Below, piece after piece: positions 20,059-29,470 of a DNA stretch of 64,000 nt (the first letter of the stretch is position 1; each line of letters starts with the position of its first letter). Location of the stretch: NCBI GenBank assembly GCA_963663165.1, contig OY760175.1, positions 928,001 to 992,000 of the forward strand, in the 5' to 3' direction. The DNA comes from an uncultured Desulfospira sp. GTDB taxonomy: Bacteria > Desulfobacterota > Desulfobacteria > Desulfobacterales > Desulfobacteraceae. Under the pieces are notes generated by a model. The model did not search any database, was not told the DNA's origin, and saw only the letters and a list, made by a program, of their open reading frames with translations. Position numbers and translations under genes: made by a program.

Positions 20059-21228
20059 ATGGACTTCAATCTAACCGACGAACAACGGGATATCAAAAAA
20101 GCGGCCAGAAAATTTGCCGAAGGCGAGTTTCCCAAAATCGCAAAAGAGTGTGACCGGGAGGAAAAAACCAGCATTGAACTCATTAAAAAAGCCAGTGACC
20201 TGGGATTTATCGGCCTGTTTATTGATGAAAAATACGGCGGGGGCGGATACGGGTTTTTGGAAAACGCCCTGGTCACTGAAGAGTTCTGGCGGGTGGACCC
20301 GGGACTTGGGGGGGCGACCCTTTGCCCCTGCTTTGGCGCTGAAATGCTGCTGCTGTTTGGCACCGAAGAACAAAAGGAAAAATACCTGATTCCCATCTGC
20401 AGCGGCGAAGCCATCAGCGCCGTGGCCGCGACAGAACCCGATGCGGGAAGCGATGTGCTGTCCGCCTCAACCACGGCTGAAAAAACAGACAAGGGATATA
20501 TCGTCAACGGGAACAAGATGTTTATTTCCAATGGCACCATTGCCGATTGCTTTGTCACCCTGTGCCTGACCCACCCGGAAGAAAGGTCCCGCCACCACCG
20601 GCACAGCGTTTTGATCATTGATGCCAAATCACCGGGGGTTGTCTGCAAAAAGCTGAAAGGAAAACTGGGCATCCGGGCCCATGAAACCGCAGAAATCATA
20701 TTTAAAGATGTTGAAGTGCCAAAGGAAAACATGATCGGCGAACCCGGAGACGGATTTAAATGCTTTATGGCGTTTTTTAACCGGTCCAGGGCTTATGTGG
20801 CGGCCCAGGGGGTCGGCATTGCCCAGGGCGCTTTGGAAATGGCCATCAACCATGTGACCCAGAGAAAACAGTTTGGGACCGCCCTGTCCGGTTTCCAGAT
20901 GGTCCAGGCCAAACTGGCTGAAATGGCCACCCTCACCGAAGCGGCCCGGAACATGGTCTATAAGGCCGCCTGGAAGCTGGACAACGGCCAGGCCGAAGAG
21001 ATGCTGGTCTCTATGGCCAAATGGTATGCCGGACAGACCGGGGTCAAGGTGGTGGATGAATCCCTTCAGCTTCACGGCGGGTACGGCTATATGGAAGATT
21101 ACGATATCAGCCGGTTTTACCGGGACGCCAAGATTGTGGAAATCTACGAAGGCAGCAAGGAGATTGAAAAGCTGATTATCGCCAAACGGCTGCTTTCCCG
21201 CAAAGGCCTGAAAGTCATGGGATGGTAA
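20059..21228 (+). CDS. Acyl-CoA dehydrogenase
   Basis: TEPDAGSD, KMFISNG, RKQFG, HGGYGY, IYEGS. Confidence 0.94.
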   Translation: MDFNLTDEQRDIKKAARKFAEGEFPKIAKECDREEKTSIELIKKASDLGFIGLFIDEKYGGGGYGFLENALVTEEFWRVDPGLGGATLCPCFGAEMLLLFGTEEQKEKYLIPICSGEAISAVAATEPDAGSDVLSASTTAEKTDKGYIVNGNKMFISNGTIADCFVTLCLTHPEERSRHHRHSVLIIDAKSPGVVCKKLKGKLGIRAHETAEIIFKDVEVPKENMIGEPGDGFKCFMAFFNRSRAYVAAQGVGIAQGALEMAINHVTQRKQFGTALSGFQMVQAKLAEMATLTEAARNMVYKAAWKLDNGQAEEMLVSMAKWYAGQTGVKVVDESLQLHGGYGYMEDYDISRFYRDAKIVEIYEGSKEIEKLIIAKRLLSRKGLKVMGW

Positions 21229-21319
21229 CCGATACCGATTGCCATCTTGCGCTTGTTCCAGACCATAAATTCGAGCACGGGCAAGAGCAAAAAATACCTA
21301 AATCCGACGAGGAATCCAA

Positions 21320-22513
21320 ATGATATCCAAAGAAAATGATCCGGTAATTGTATCCGCGGTAAGAACACCCATTGGCGCATTCGGCGGCGGGCTTCGACCT
21401 GTCTTACATGAACATCTGGCTGTCACCGTTTTAAAAGAGGTGTGTGACCGGGTGGATTTCCCCAAAGAATTGTTAGATGACGTATACTGGGGGGTGGTGA
21501 TGCTCAGAAGCGATGAAAACGGCCTGGCACGGGGGGCGGTTCTCAAGGCCGGTATCCCTGAGCGGGTCTCGGCGGTCCAGGTCAACCGGGCCTGCTGCTC
21601 TTCCATGGAGGCCATTCGCCTGGCGTCCATGTCCGTTCGACTAGGCGAAGGCCGGGCCCTGATTGCCGGAGGCGGAGAGAGCATGAGCAATGTCCCCTAC
21701 AGCCTTAAAAACGCCCGATGGGGCATGCCCTTTCGCCACCAGGAACTCACCGACGGGATCTGGGACGGGCTCACCGACCATCACACCGGCATTGTCATGG
21801 GGCTGACCGCCGAAAATGTGGCGGAAAAATACGAAATTTCCCGACAAGACCAGGACGAGTTTGCCTATACCAGCCAGATGCGGGCCAAAGCCGCCATGGC
21901 ATCGGGCCGGTTCAAGGACGAAATTGTCCCGGTGGTGATTCCCGGAAAACGCGGAAAACCCGACCGGGTGATCGATACCGATGAACACCCCAAGCCCGAC
22001 ACCACCTTAGAAGACCTTCAAAACCTTTCCCCGGCTTTTAAAAAGGACGGCACCGTTACAGCGGGAAATGCATCCGGGCTCAATGACGGGGCCAGCGCGG
22101 TGATTGTCTGCTCCAAATCCATTGCCGAAGAATGCGGCATGACGCGCCAGTGGCGGGTGGTGGGTTCGGCCGCAGTGGGGGTGGACCCCAGATACATGGG
22201 GATTGGCCCCATTGATGCCATCAACAAACTGCTCATGCAGACCGGCATGGCCCTTTCAGACATTGAACTGTTTGAAATCAACGAAGCCTTTGCGGCGCCC
22301 TCGGTAGCGGTGGAAAGGGCTTTGGGTTTAGACCGGGACAAAGTCAACGTCAACGGAAGCGGTATTGCCCTGGGCCACCCCATCGGCAATACCGGATGCC
22401 GCATTGTGGTCAGCCTGATTCATGAGCTTGAAAAACGCAATTTGAATGTGGGACTGGCCTCCCTTTGCGGCGGCAGCGGACACGGACAGGCCATCATTAT
22501 TGAAAGATGCTGA
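21320..22513 (+). CDS. Thiolase (acetyl-CoA C-acyltransferase)
   Basis: NRACCSS, NEAFA, GHPIG, LCGG. Confidence 0.94.
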   Translation: MISKENDPVIVSAVRTPIGAFGGGLRPVLHEHLAVTVLKEVCDRVDFPKELLDDVYWGVVMLRSDENGLARGAVLKAGIPERVSAVQVNRACCSSMEAIRLASMSVRLGEGRALIAGGGESMSNVPYSLKNARWGMPFRHQELTDGIWDGLTDHHTGIVMGLTAENVAEKYEISRQDQDEFAYTSQMRAKAAMASGRFKDEIVPVVIPGKRGKPDRVIDTDEHPKPDTTLEDLQNLSPAFKKDGTVTAGNASGLNDGASAVIVCSKSIAEECGMTRQWRVVGSAAVGVDPRYMGIGPIDAINKLLMQTGMALSDIELFEINEAFAAPSVAVERALGLDRDKVNVNGSGIALGHPIGNTGCRIVVSLIHELEKRNLNVGLASLCGGSGHGQAIIIERC

Positions 22514-22538
22514 TATTTTTTAGCGAAAGGAAGATCAT

Positions 22539-23399
22539 ATGAGTACCATTCAAACCGTGGGAATTCTGGGGGCCGGCATCATGGGTGCTGAAATTGCCTT
22601 ATGCTTTGCCAATGCCGGCTGCAAAGTCTTATTGAAAGACATCTCCACTGAAGCGGCCCAAAAGGGAAAAGACCGCCTGTCCAAACCCTTGGACAAAGCC
22701 ATTCAAAAGGGGAAATACACCGAAGAAAAAAAAGTGGAAACCCTTGAAAAAATCGTCCCCCTTGGCGATTACCAGGGATTTGATACCGCAGATCTTGTTG
22801 TGGAGGCGGTATTTGAAAATATGGATTTAAAGAAAAAACTGCTGGTTGAAGTGGCTGACCATTGCAAAAGCGACTGCATCATTGCCACCAATACCTCTTC
22901 CATCCCCATTACCCAGCTCGGGGCCTGCCTGCCGGCAGACCGCCGTCCCCTTTTTATCGGCGCCCATTTTTTTGCCCCGGCCTTTATCATGAAGCTGGTG
23001 GAGGTAATCCCCGGGGCGGAAACCTCAGAAGAGACCACCCTGGCACTCCTTGAAGCCTGCCGGATGATCGGGAAAACCCCCATAAGGGTAAAGGATACAG
23101 CCGGATTTGTGGTCAACCGGATGCTGTTTGCTTTTTTCAATGAAGCGGTCCGGCTGGTGGATGAGGGGGTTGCCTCTATCGAGGATATTGATACAGCCTG
23201 CCGGCTGGGCTTGGGCCATCCCATAGGCCCCCTGGCATTGATGGACATGGCCGATCTTGGCATGGCCCTTGATGTGAGCAACCTGCTTAAAGAATCCTAT
23301 GGCGACCGTTTCCGGTTCGGCACGGCCCTTCGCCAGAAAGTCTATGCCGGCCATATCGGCCGCAAAGCCGGCCAGGGCTGGTACGATTACAGAAAATAA
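22539..23399 (+). CDS. 3-hydroxybutyryl/3-hydroxyacyl-CoA dehydrogenase
   Basis: GAGIMG, EAVFE, TNTSS, HFF, GFVVNR. Confidence 0.92.
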   Translation: MSTIQTVGILGAGIMGAEIALCFANAGCKVLLKDISTEAAQKGKDRLSKPLDKAIQKGKYTEEKKVETLEKIVPLGDYQGFDTADLVVEAVFENMDLKKKLLVEVADHCKSDCIIATNTSSIPITQLGACLPADRRPLFIGAHFFAPAFIMKLVEVIPGAETSEETTLALLEACRMIGKTPIRVKDTAGFVVNRMLFAFFNEAVRLVDEGVASIEDIDTACRLGLGHPIGPLALMDMADLGMALDVSNLLKESYGDRFRFGTALRQKVYAGHIGRKAGQGWYDYRK

Positions 23400-23421
23400 T
23401 TAAAATCAAAAAGGGGGTGCC

Positions 23422-25086
23422 ATGGTAACAAAAATTGATTTTCAAAAACCGGGTCACCTGATCCTGATCATTGGTTTTTTTCTGCTGATCAGCCTGCCTT
23501 TAAACGGATTTTGTGAGCCGCCGATGATGCCGACGGTTGTTGAACCCGGTTACACAATTGGGTCCCTGATGCCCAAAACCCAGGTCAATGGATTTAACGG
23601 CATCGCATTTGACAGTCAGGGGAACCTCTACGGGGGGGTGGTACAGGGGTCCACCATTTACAAAATCCATAAGGAAACCGGTGCGGTCACTCCCTTTATC
23701 GGTCCCCCTGAAGGCATGGCCGATGACTTGATTTTTGAACCCGGGGGACGGGTGATCTGGACCGGTTTTTTCTTAGGCAAAATTTTTGCCAAAGGGGCCG
23801 ATGGCGCAGTGGTTACCCTGGCCGAAGGATATCCGGGTGCCAATGCCATCGCCAGAAGCCGGGACGGCCGGGTGTTCTTTACCCAGGTTTTCTTGGGGGA
23901 CGCCTTATATGAGTTGGACATTTCCGGACAAAACAAGCCTCGCAAAATTGCGGAAAAGCTTGGGGGGCTGAACGCCTTCCAGGTCCACACCGACGGGTAT
24001 ATATACGGCCCAAGATGGTTTAAAGGCGATATCATCAAAGTCAATGTGGAAACGGGGGATTATCAACCCATTGCCGATGGTTTTCAGATCCCTGCGGCCG
24101 TAAAATTTGATTCAAAGGGCAACCTGTTTGTCATTGACAACAAGGCCGGAACCTTATTAAAGGTAGATATCAACACAGGGCAAAAAAACCTGGTGGCCAC
24201 CCTGGTGCCCCACCTGGACAACCTGGCCATTGACGAACAGGACCGGGTCTTTATCAGCACCAACGGAGACGGCAGTATCTTTGAAGTGGATACGGCCACG
24301 GGCAAGGTCAGAACGGTGGTCAAAGGACGGCTTGCCTGTCCCCAGGGGATTGCGGTCTGGGACAGCCCTGAAGGAGAGATTCTGTTCGTTGCCGACAACT
24401 TTGCCTACAAAAGGGTGGACGGGTTTACCGGTGAGGTCCATGAATCCACCAAGGGCGGGGCCTTTCCCAATGCGGCCGGCATCACCGGTGACCGGGTATT
24501 GATGTCGGGCTGGTTCCGAAATGTGGTTGAGGTATTTGACGCGAAAAACGACGACCTGCTCTATTCTATTCCCGGGTTTAAAGGGTCGCTTGGGATGCTC
24601 ATGCTGGATGACGGGACCCTTCTGGTGGCTGAGGCCCAGACCGGCAGCATTATCCGGGTTAAGGATAAAGCGGGCAAACAGCGGGATGTCCTGACCAAAG
24701 ATCTTTCTCTTCCGGTCTACATGGCAAAGGCAGGTCCCGATGCCGTCTATGTAACCGAATTTTTGTCAGGAGAACTCACCAAAGTCAGCCTGAAAACCGG
24801 AGAACAAAAAGTGGTTGCTTCGGGCTTAAGAAAGCCCAAGGGAGTGGCGGTCAAAGGGGACGGAACCATTCTGGTGGTCAATTCCGGGGCCCGGGAGCTG
24901 GTTTCCATCGATCCGGACACCGGTGCGGTCAAGCCCTTTGTTCAGGACCTGCCTGTCGGCCTCTATGTCCCCGAAGGGTTTATGCCCGCGTTCACCCTCA
25001 CCGGTGTGGCGGTTTCCAGAGCAGGCAACATTTATGTGACCAGTGATATAGAAAATGTGATCTATAAAATTTGCCCCGGCAAATAG
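23422..25086 (+). CDS. Exported repeat beta-propeller protein (SMP-30/gluconolactonase/NHL-like)
   Basis: Hydrophobic N-terminal signal; repeated blades such as NGIAFDSQGNLY, AVKFDSKGNLFV, DNLAIDEQDRVF, GVAVSRAGNIYV. Confidence 0.75.
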   Translation: MVTKIDFQKPGHLILIIGFFLLISLPLNGFCEPPMMPTVVEPGYTIGSLMPKTQVNGFNGIAFDSQGNLYGGVVQGSTIYKIHKETGAVTPFIGPPEGMADDLIFEPGGRVIWTGFFLGKIFAKGADGAVVTLAEGYPGANAIARSRDGRVFFTQVFLGDALYELDISGQNKPRKIAEKLGGLNAFQVHTDGYIYGPRWFKGDIIKVNVETGDYQPIADGFQIPAAVKFDSKGNLFVIDNKAGTLLKVDINTGQKNLVATLVPHLDNLAIDEQDRVFISTNGDGSIFEVDTATGKVRTVVKGRLACPQGIAVWDSPEGEILFVADNFAYKRVDGFTGEVHESTKGGAFPNAAGITGDRVLMSGWFRNVVEVFDAKNDDLLYSIPGFKGSLGMLMLDDGTLLVAEAQTGSIIRVKDKAGKQRDVLTKDLSLPVYMAKAGPDAVYVTEFLSGELTKVSLKTGEQKVVASGLRKPKGVAVKGDGTILVVNSGARELVSIDPDTGAVKPFVQDLPVGLYVPEGFMPAFTLTGVAVSRAGNIYVTSDIENVIYKICPGK

Positions 25087-25095
25087 GGCCTCGAT

Positions 25096-25581
25096 TTGGC
25101 AATGGTTGAACTGGAGAATATGGATACCCTCAAAGGCTTGGGCAATGCCCGTTTCGGGCCGGGGCCCTGGGTCATGCTAACCCAGGAGATGATTGACGCC
25201 TTTGCCCTTGCCACACGGGATTACCAATGGATCCATACGGATCCGGACAGGGCCGCCAAAGGGTCATGCTTTGGCAACACCACCATTGCCCATGGGTTTT
25301 TGGTTCTGTCCATGGTCTCTGCCATGCACCGGGAAACCGTGGCCATCAAAAATGTGGCCATAGGGGTGAACTACGGTCTAAACCGGGTCCGCTTCCCGAG
25401 TCCGGTACCGGTAAACAGCCGGATACGCTTGTACTGCCGCACAGGCCGAATGGAAGATATGGGTAACGGCAGCTTCAAGGTGGTCTGGAAATGTGAAGTT
25501 GAAGTGGAAAACAGCCAAAAACCGGCCTGTGTCTGTGAATTGATTACCATGATGGTCGGGAGCGCAAATATTATAACGTAA
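25096..25581 (+). CDS. MaoC-family (R)-enoyl-CoA hydratase
   Basis: DYQWIHTD, IAHGFL, NYGLNRVRFPSPV. Confidence 0.9.
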   Translation: MAMVELENMDTLKGLGNARFGPGPWVMLTQEMIDAFALATRDYQWIHTDPDRAAKGSCFGNTTIAHGFLVLSMVSAMHRETVAIKNVAIGVNYGLNRVRFPSPVPVNSRIRLYCRTGRMEDMGNGSFKVVWKCEVEVENSQKPACVCELITMMVGSANIIT

Positions 25582-25648
25582 AAAAAGGAAACCGGAAGAT
25601 GGAAGACGGGAGACCGGATATGTCAAGTTCCCTGGTTTGAGCGGGAGG

Positions 25649-25762
25649 GTAGGAGCGGGCCATGCCCGAGATTCGAATCGCGGGCATGGCCCGCTCCTAC
25701 CTTGCATTGACCCAAAATGTAACGATAGCTGCAGGATGTCGGGTTCCCTTGGAGGAGCGCAT
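25649..25762. repeat. GTAG-type REP dimer (REPIN-like) plus conserved tail
   Basis: GTAGGAGCGGGCCATGCCCGAGATTCGAATCGCGGGCATGGCCCGCTCCTAC near-perfect palindrome at 25649-25700. Confidence 0.85.
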
Positions 25763-25851
25763 TCCGGCCTCCTGTCTTCCTTCTTACGGTCTCCCTGCAT
25801 TTAACATTTTCTACAAAACCATATGCTTTCAAACCAAAAGGGGAGTGGTTC

Positions 25852-26529
25852 ATGGAATTACAAGACGCCATCAATCAAAGAAAAAGTATTCGCCGGTATT
25901 TAAATAAACCTGTGCCCAAAGAGATCCTGACACAGATTCTGACCCTTGCGGCCCAGGCCCCGTCTGCGGAAAATGCCCAGCCATGGGAGTTTGTGGTGAT
26001 CGCCGGAGAACCCCTGGATCAGCTTAGAAAAGCCAATGTGGAAAAACTAAGAAACCGTGAAGTGCCCCCCCAGGAAATGGCCCACATCACAATGGGGCTG
26101 GACAAGAAAAGCATTTACCGCCAACGGCAGATCGACATTGCCAAAAAGTTGTTCGCCGTTATGGGGATTGCCAGGGAAGATAAAGTCAAACGCTCGGAAT
26201 GGATGGAACGTGGATACCGGTATTTTGATGCGCCGGCAGCCATCATCATTGTGGCGGACAAATCCCTGCCCCTTGAGGGGTCCTTTCTTGACGTCGGTGC
26301 TGTCATGCAGAACCTGTGCCTGGCCGCCCTTGATTTCGGGCTTCACACCTGCATCGAAAACCAGGGCATCACCTATGCCAATGCCGTCAGGCAGATTGCC
26401 AAAATCCCCGATAACAAACGCCTGATGATCGCCATTGCCATTGGGTATCCGGACTGGGATTTCCCGGCCAACCAGGTCAAAAGTGAAAGAGAAGCTATCG
26501 AAAATGTTGTGACCTGGCATGGGATATAA
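25852..26529 (+). CDS. Nitroreductase family protein
   Basis: RKSIRRY, APSAENAQPW, IAIGYPD. Confidence 0.92.
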   Translation: MELQDAINQRKSIRRYLNKPVPKEILTQILTLAAQAPSAENAQPWEFVVIAGEPLDQLRKANVEKLRNREVPPQEMAHITMGLDKKSIYRQRQIDIAKKLFAVMGIAREDKVKRSEWMERGYRYFDAPAAIIIVADKSLPLEGSFLDVGAVMQNLCLAALDFGLHTCIENQGITYANAVRQIAKIPDNKRLMIAIAIGYPDWDFPANQVKSEREAIENVVTWHGI

Positions 26530-26629
26530 TCCATTGGAAACCGGAAACCGAAGACGGCAGACCGGAAGGTTTTAACCCGGAAAATTAACACATCAGGTTT
26601 TCCGGTCTCCAGTCGCCATTCTTTATATT

Positions 26630-26960
26630 TTTATATGAAAGTCTCACTAACAAGCTGAAAAGACTTTCATTTTTCGTTGTGGGCGGTGCTTGGTTGGATA
26701 ACCAAGGCGGCCCGTGGCCGTTTATATGAAAGTCTCACTAACGTCCTGAGAAGACTTTCAATATTTGTTGTGGGCGGCTCTTGGTTGGATAACCAAAGCG
26801 GCCCGAGGCCGTTTATAAGAAACTGGAGACAAGAAACAAGAGACAAGAGGGCGAAGCACCTGCGGTGCCCAATTTATAGTCTACCGTTGCTGGTATCTTC
26901 AGTTTCATTATTCGTTGTGGGCGGCTCTTGGTTGGATAACCAAAGCGGCCCGTGGCCGTT
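26630..26960. repeat. Mosaic array of three 47 bp REP-like hairpin units with palindromic linkers
   Basis: GTTGTGGGCGG..CTTGGTTGGATAACCAA.GCGGCCCG.GGCCGTT at 26676-26722, 26767-26813 and 26914-26960. Confidence 0.85.
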
Positions 26961-27170
26961 CGTACGATCCATTTTAAAATGACAGACGCTTAAAATAAAT
27001 CGTTTTCATTCATGTCTGATTTGCCGGTTTTCGTAATTCATGTCATAATGGGGATAAATCTTACCTGATCAATACATATTCTTGTGGCTCCTTCCTAAGG
27101 TTGAAAGGCATATGATTAAGGCATTTTTCTATTTGTAACACCAGGCACTACCGTCAAGTTAGGTGATGTA

Positions 27171-29252
27171 ATGGATCAAGACAACGATAGAACCCCATTA
27201 TGGCTTGAGTCTGCCTATGGACAAGAGGCAGATGAAATGCTTTCCAAGCTTGGCCCGGCCTGGGGGCAGATCCCAGGGGCCGTGGATAATTTTTATCAGA
27301 CCCTGTTTAAAATTCCTGCAGCTGAAAACCTGCTCGGCAATGTCTCCCCCGAGGAGTTCGCCCGGCTGAAAAAAGCCCAGGCCGATTACCTGACTATGAT
27401 TGTATCCCCGGGGATCACCATAGATGACCATCGCCGGATGGCATTGAAAATTGGTTTTACCCACTGTTTTGTAGGGGTCTCCACTGACCTGCTCACAGAG
27501 TCTTCCATTCTTTACACCGATATTGCGGGGCTGCTGACATCGGGAATGGACAACGAGGATGCGCTCAAGGAACTGATTGCCCGCCGCTTGCAGTTTGATG
27601 TGATCACACAGATCGAGGCCTATGCGAAAGTCCAGCATATTCGACTTGAAGTTTACAATAAAATCAGCCGGTTAAAGGACCAGGAAACCACCCTTGATCT
27701 GATGCGTTTTGTGCTTGATTTGCTCATCAGTTCGTTTAATAAGAGCCTTGCCGGCGTGGCATTCGGCAGCGTGAAAAACGGGACCTACCGCCACCTGCTT
27801 TCCATGGGGGATGTCCCCTTTGGGCCGGAAAAAAGCAAGGGCAACCGGTATCCCACTGTTAAAATCCGAAAAATTGAAGAGGCCTGGTTCAACGAACAGT
27901 CTTTTGTAAAAAACAATATATATGGCTGTTTTGAATCATTTGACAGCCTGAAAGAAGCCTGTGTAAACAAGGGGATCCGTTCTTTTGGGTTTTTTATGCT
28001 CCATGACCTTCAATATGCCCCTAAAGCTTACCTGCTGGTGTGCGGGAAATTTCCCGGATATTTCAGCGACAAGTCCATGAGGTACTATTGGAATCACCTG
28101 GCAGACGTGATCGGCGCCCATTTTGACATGATTGAACGCGCCCGGATCAAACGGCAAAGCCGCCTGTCCGACGGACTGACATACCGGCAGCTTCTGGCAA
28201 GGGGCCGGGTCAACATGCATTATCAGCCCATTATCGATCCGGCCACCGGGGCTACGGTAAAGGTGGAGACCTTAGCCCGGCTTGAGGATGGGGACAGGAT
28301 TATTTCACCGGGAATGTTTTTGCCCACCTTTGGAACCAATCACCTGCGTGACCTGTTTGAAATCGGGCTGGCCCAGGTCCTCAAAACATTGCCCACGGCC
28401 AGCGAGATTCCGTTGATGTGCAGCATCAACCTGCCGCCTGAGGCCCTGCTGGACAGGGAGTGGCTCGAACGGCTGCCGGATTATCTGGTGAAAACCGGTG
28501 CCAATCCCCAGCGGATTTGCCTTGAAATCCTTGAATCCTCTATTCATGACGATCCGGCGGTGATGACGCATTTGTTTGCCCTGCGCGAGGCGGGTTATGG
28601 CATTTTCCTGGATGATGTGGGGGCGGGGGAATCCTCGTTGCTGCGCCTGGTCAACCTGCCCGTGTCCGGGATTAAGATCGACCAGAGCTTTGTCCGGTCC
28701 CTGCCCCGCAGTTTTGAAAATATCGACCTGATTCTTTCCATGCGGTTTCTGGCCAACAACCGGGGTTTGGAGTGTATTGCCGAAGGGGTTGAAAACAGGG
28801 ATATTGCCGACACCCTGTTCCATATGAGCAAGGGCCGGATCCTGTTTCAGGGGTTTGCCTACGCAAAGCCCATGCCTGCCAAGGCACTGGCCGGCTGGCT
28901 GGTGCGAAACAATCCGTGTCCCCCGGAACCTGAGGTGTCCCAGTCCCTTTACGGCTGGTATTCCGGTCATATCGGCCGGCTCTTTTCCATGGGCAATGCC
29001 CTCCAGACCATCCCGGATCTTATTGACGCGGATCGCCTGGAAACCGCCGAATCCTGCCCCCTGCATCAAAATATTCGAAAAATCGGGGGCAATGCAGACA
29101 TTGAGGAGGCCCACCGGCAGTGGCACACCACCTATGCCGAATTTGTCAAAAGAATACAGGCAGGTTCAGGCTGCCAGGATCTCTGGCAGGCATTGAAGGC
29201 GGCCAGGCACAACCTCCAGGTCCTGATTGAAAAGGCGGTTCAAAAAAACTAA
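27171..29252 (+). CDS. Globin-coupled EAL phosphodiesterase with GAF-like middle and CZB-like tail
   Basis: Globin (VDNFY...RLKKAQ...KIGFTH); EAL motifs YQPI, ETLAR, DDVGAG, KIDQSF, EGVE, QGF; tail with H..C..H..WH. Confidence 0.82.
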   Translation: MDQDNDRTPLWLESAYGQEADEMLSKLGPAWGQIPGAVDNFYQTLFKIPAAENLLGNVSPEEFARLKKAQADYLTMIVSPGITIDDHRRMALKIGFTHCFVGVSTDLLTESSILYTDIAGLLTSGMDNEDALKELIARRLQFDVITQIEAYAKVQHIRLEVYNKISRLKDQETTLDLMRFVLDLLISSFNKSLAGVAFGSVKNGTYRHLLSMGDVPFGPEKSKGNRYPTVKIRKIEEAWFNEQSFVKNNIYGCFESFDSLKEACVNKGIRSFGFFMLHDLQYAPKAYLLVCGKFPGYFSDKSMRYYWNHLADVIGAHFDMIERARIKRQSRLSDGLTYRQLLARGRVNMHYQPIIDPATGATVKVETLARLEDGDRIISPGMFLPTFGTNHLRDLFEIGLAQVLKTLPTASEIPLMCSINLPPEALLDREWLERLPDYLVKTGANPQRICLEILESSIHDDPAVMTHLFALREAGYGIFLDDVGAGESSLLRLVNLPVSGIKIDQSFVRSLPRSFENIDLILSMRFLANNRGLECIAEGVENRDIADTLFHMSKGRILFQGFAYAKPMPAKALAGWLVRNNPCPPEPEVSQSLYGWYSGHIGRLFSMGNALQTIPDLIDADRLETAESCPLHQNIRKIGGNADIEEAHRQWHTTYAEFVKRIQAGSGCQDLWQALKAARHNLQVLIEKAVQKN

Positions 29253-29318
29253 CCCCCGTTTTCCATGGATGTATAGTTGAGACTTGGGACTTGGGATATG
29301 GGACTTGGGGAAGACCGG

Positions 29319-29430
29319 ATAGGAGCGGGCCATGTCAGCGATTCGATCGCGGGCATGGCCCGCTCCTGCTTTGTATTGACCAAAATGTAAAAATGGATGC
29401 CGGATGCCGGGTTCCCTTAGAGAGGGCGCC
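29319..29430. repeat. GTAG-type REP dimer plus tail, between convergent genes
   Basis: TAGGAGCGGGCCATG..CGATTCGATCGCGGGCATGGCCCGCTCCT; preceded by a TGGGACT heptamer array. Confidence 0.8.
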
Positions 29431-29470
29431 ACCGGTTTCCGGTCTGCCTTGTTCCGGCTGCCATTTAATC

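Noticed and set aside
26676..26960. CRISPR array
   Set aside because: Linkers are unequal (44 and 100 bp), palindromic, non-unique and reused at 45531-45718; no cas genes in the window
26640..26960. Integron attC cassette array
   Set aside because: AAC and GTT triplets are present, but there are no cassette ORFs between units, no clear R/L box geometry and no integrase; kept only as a REP-like repeat
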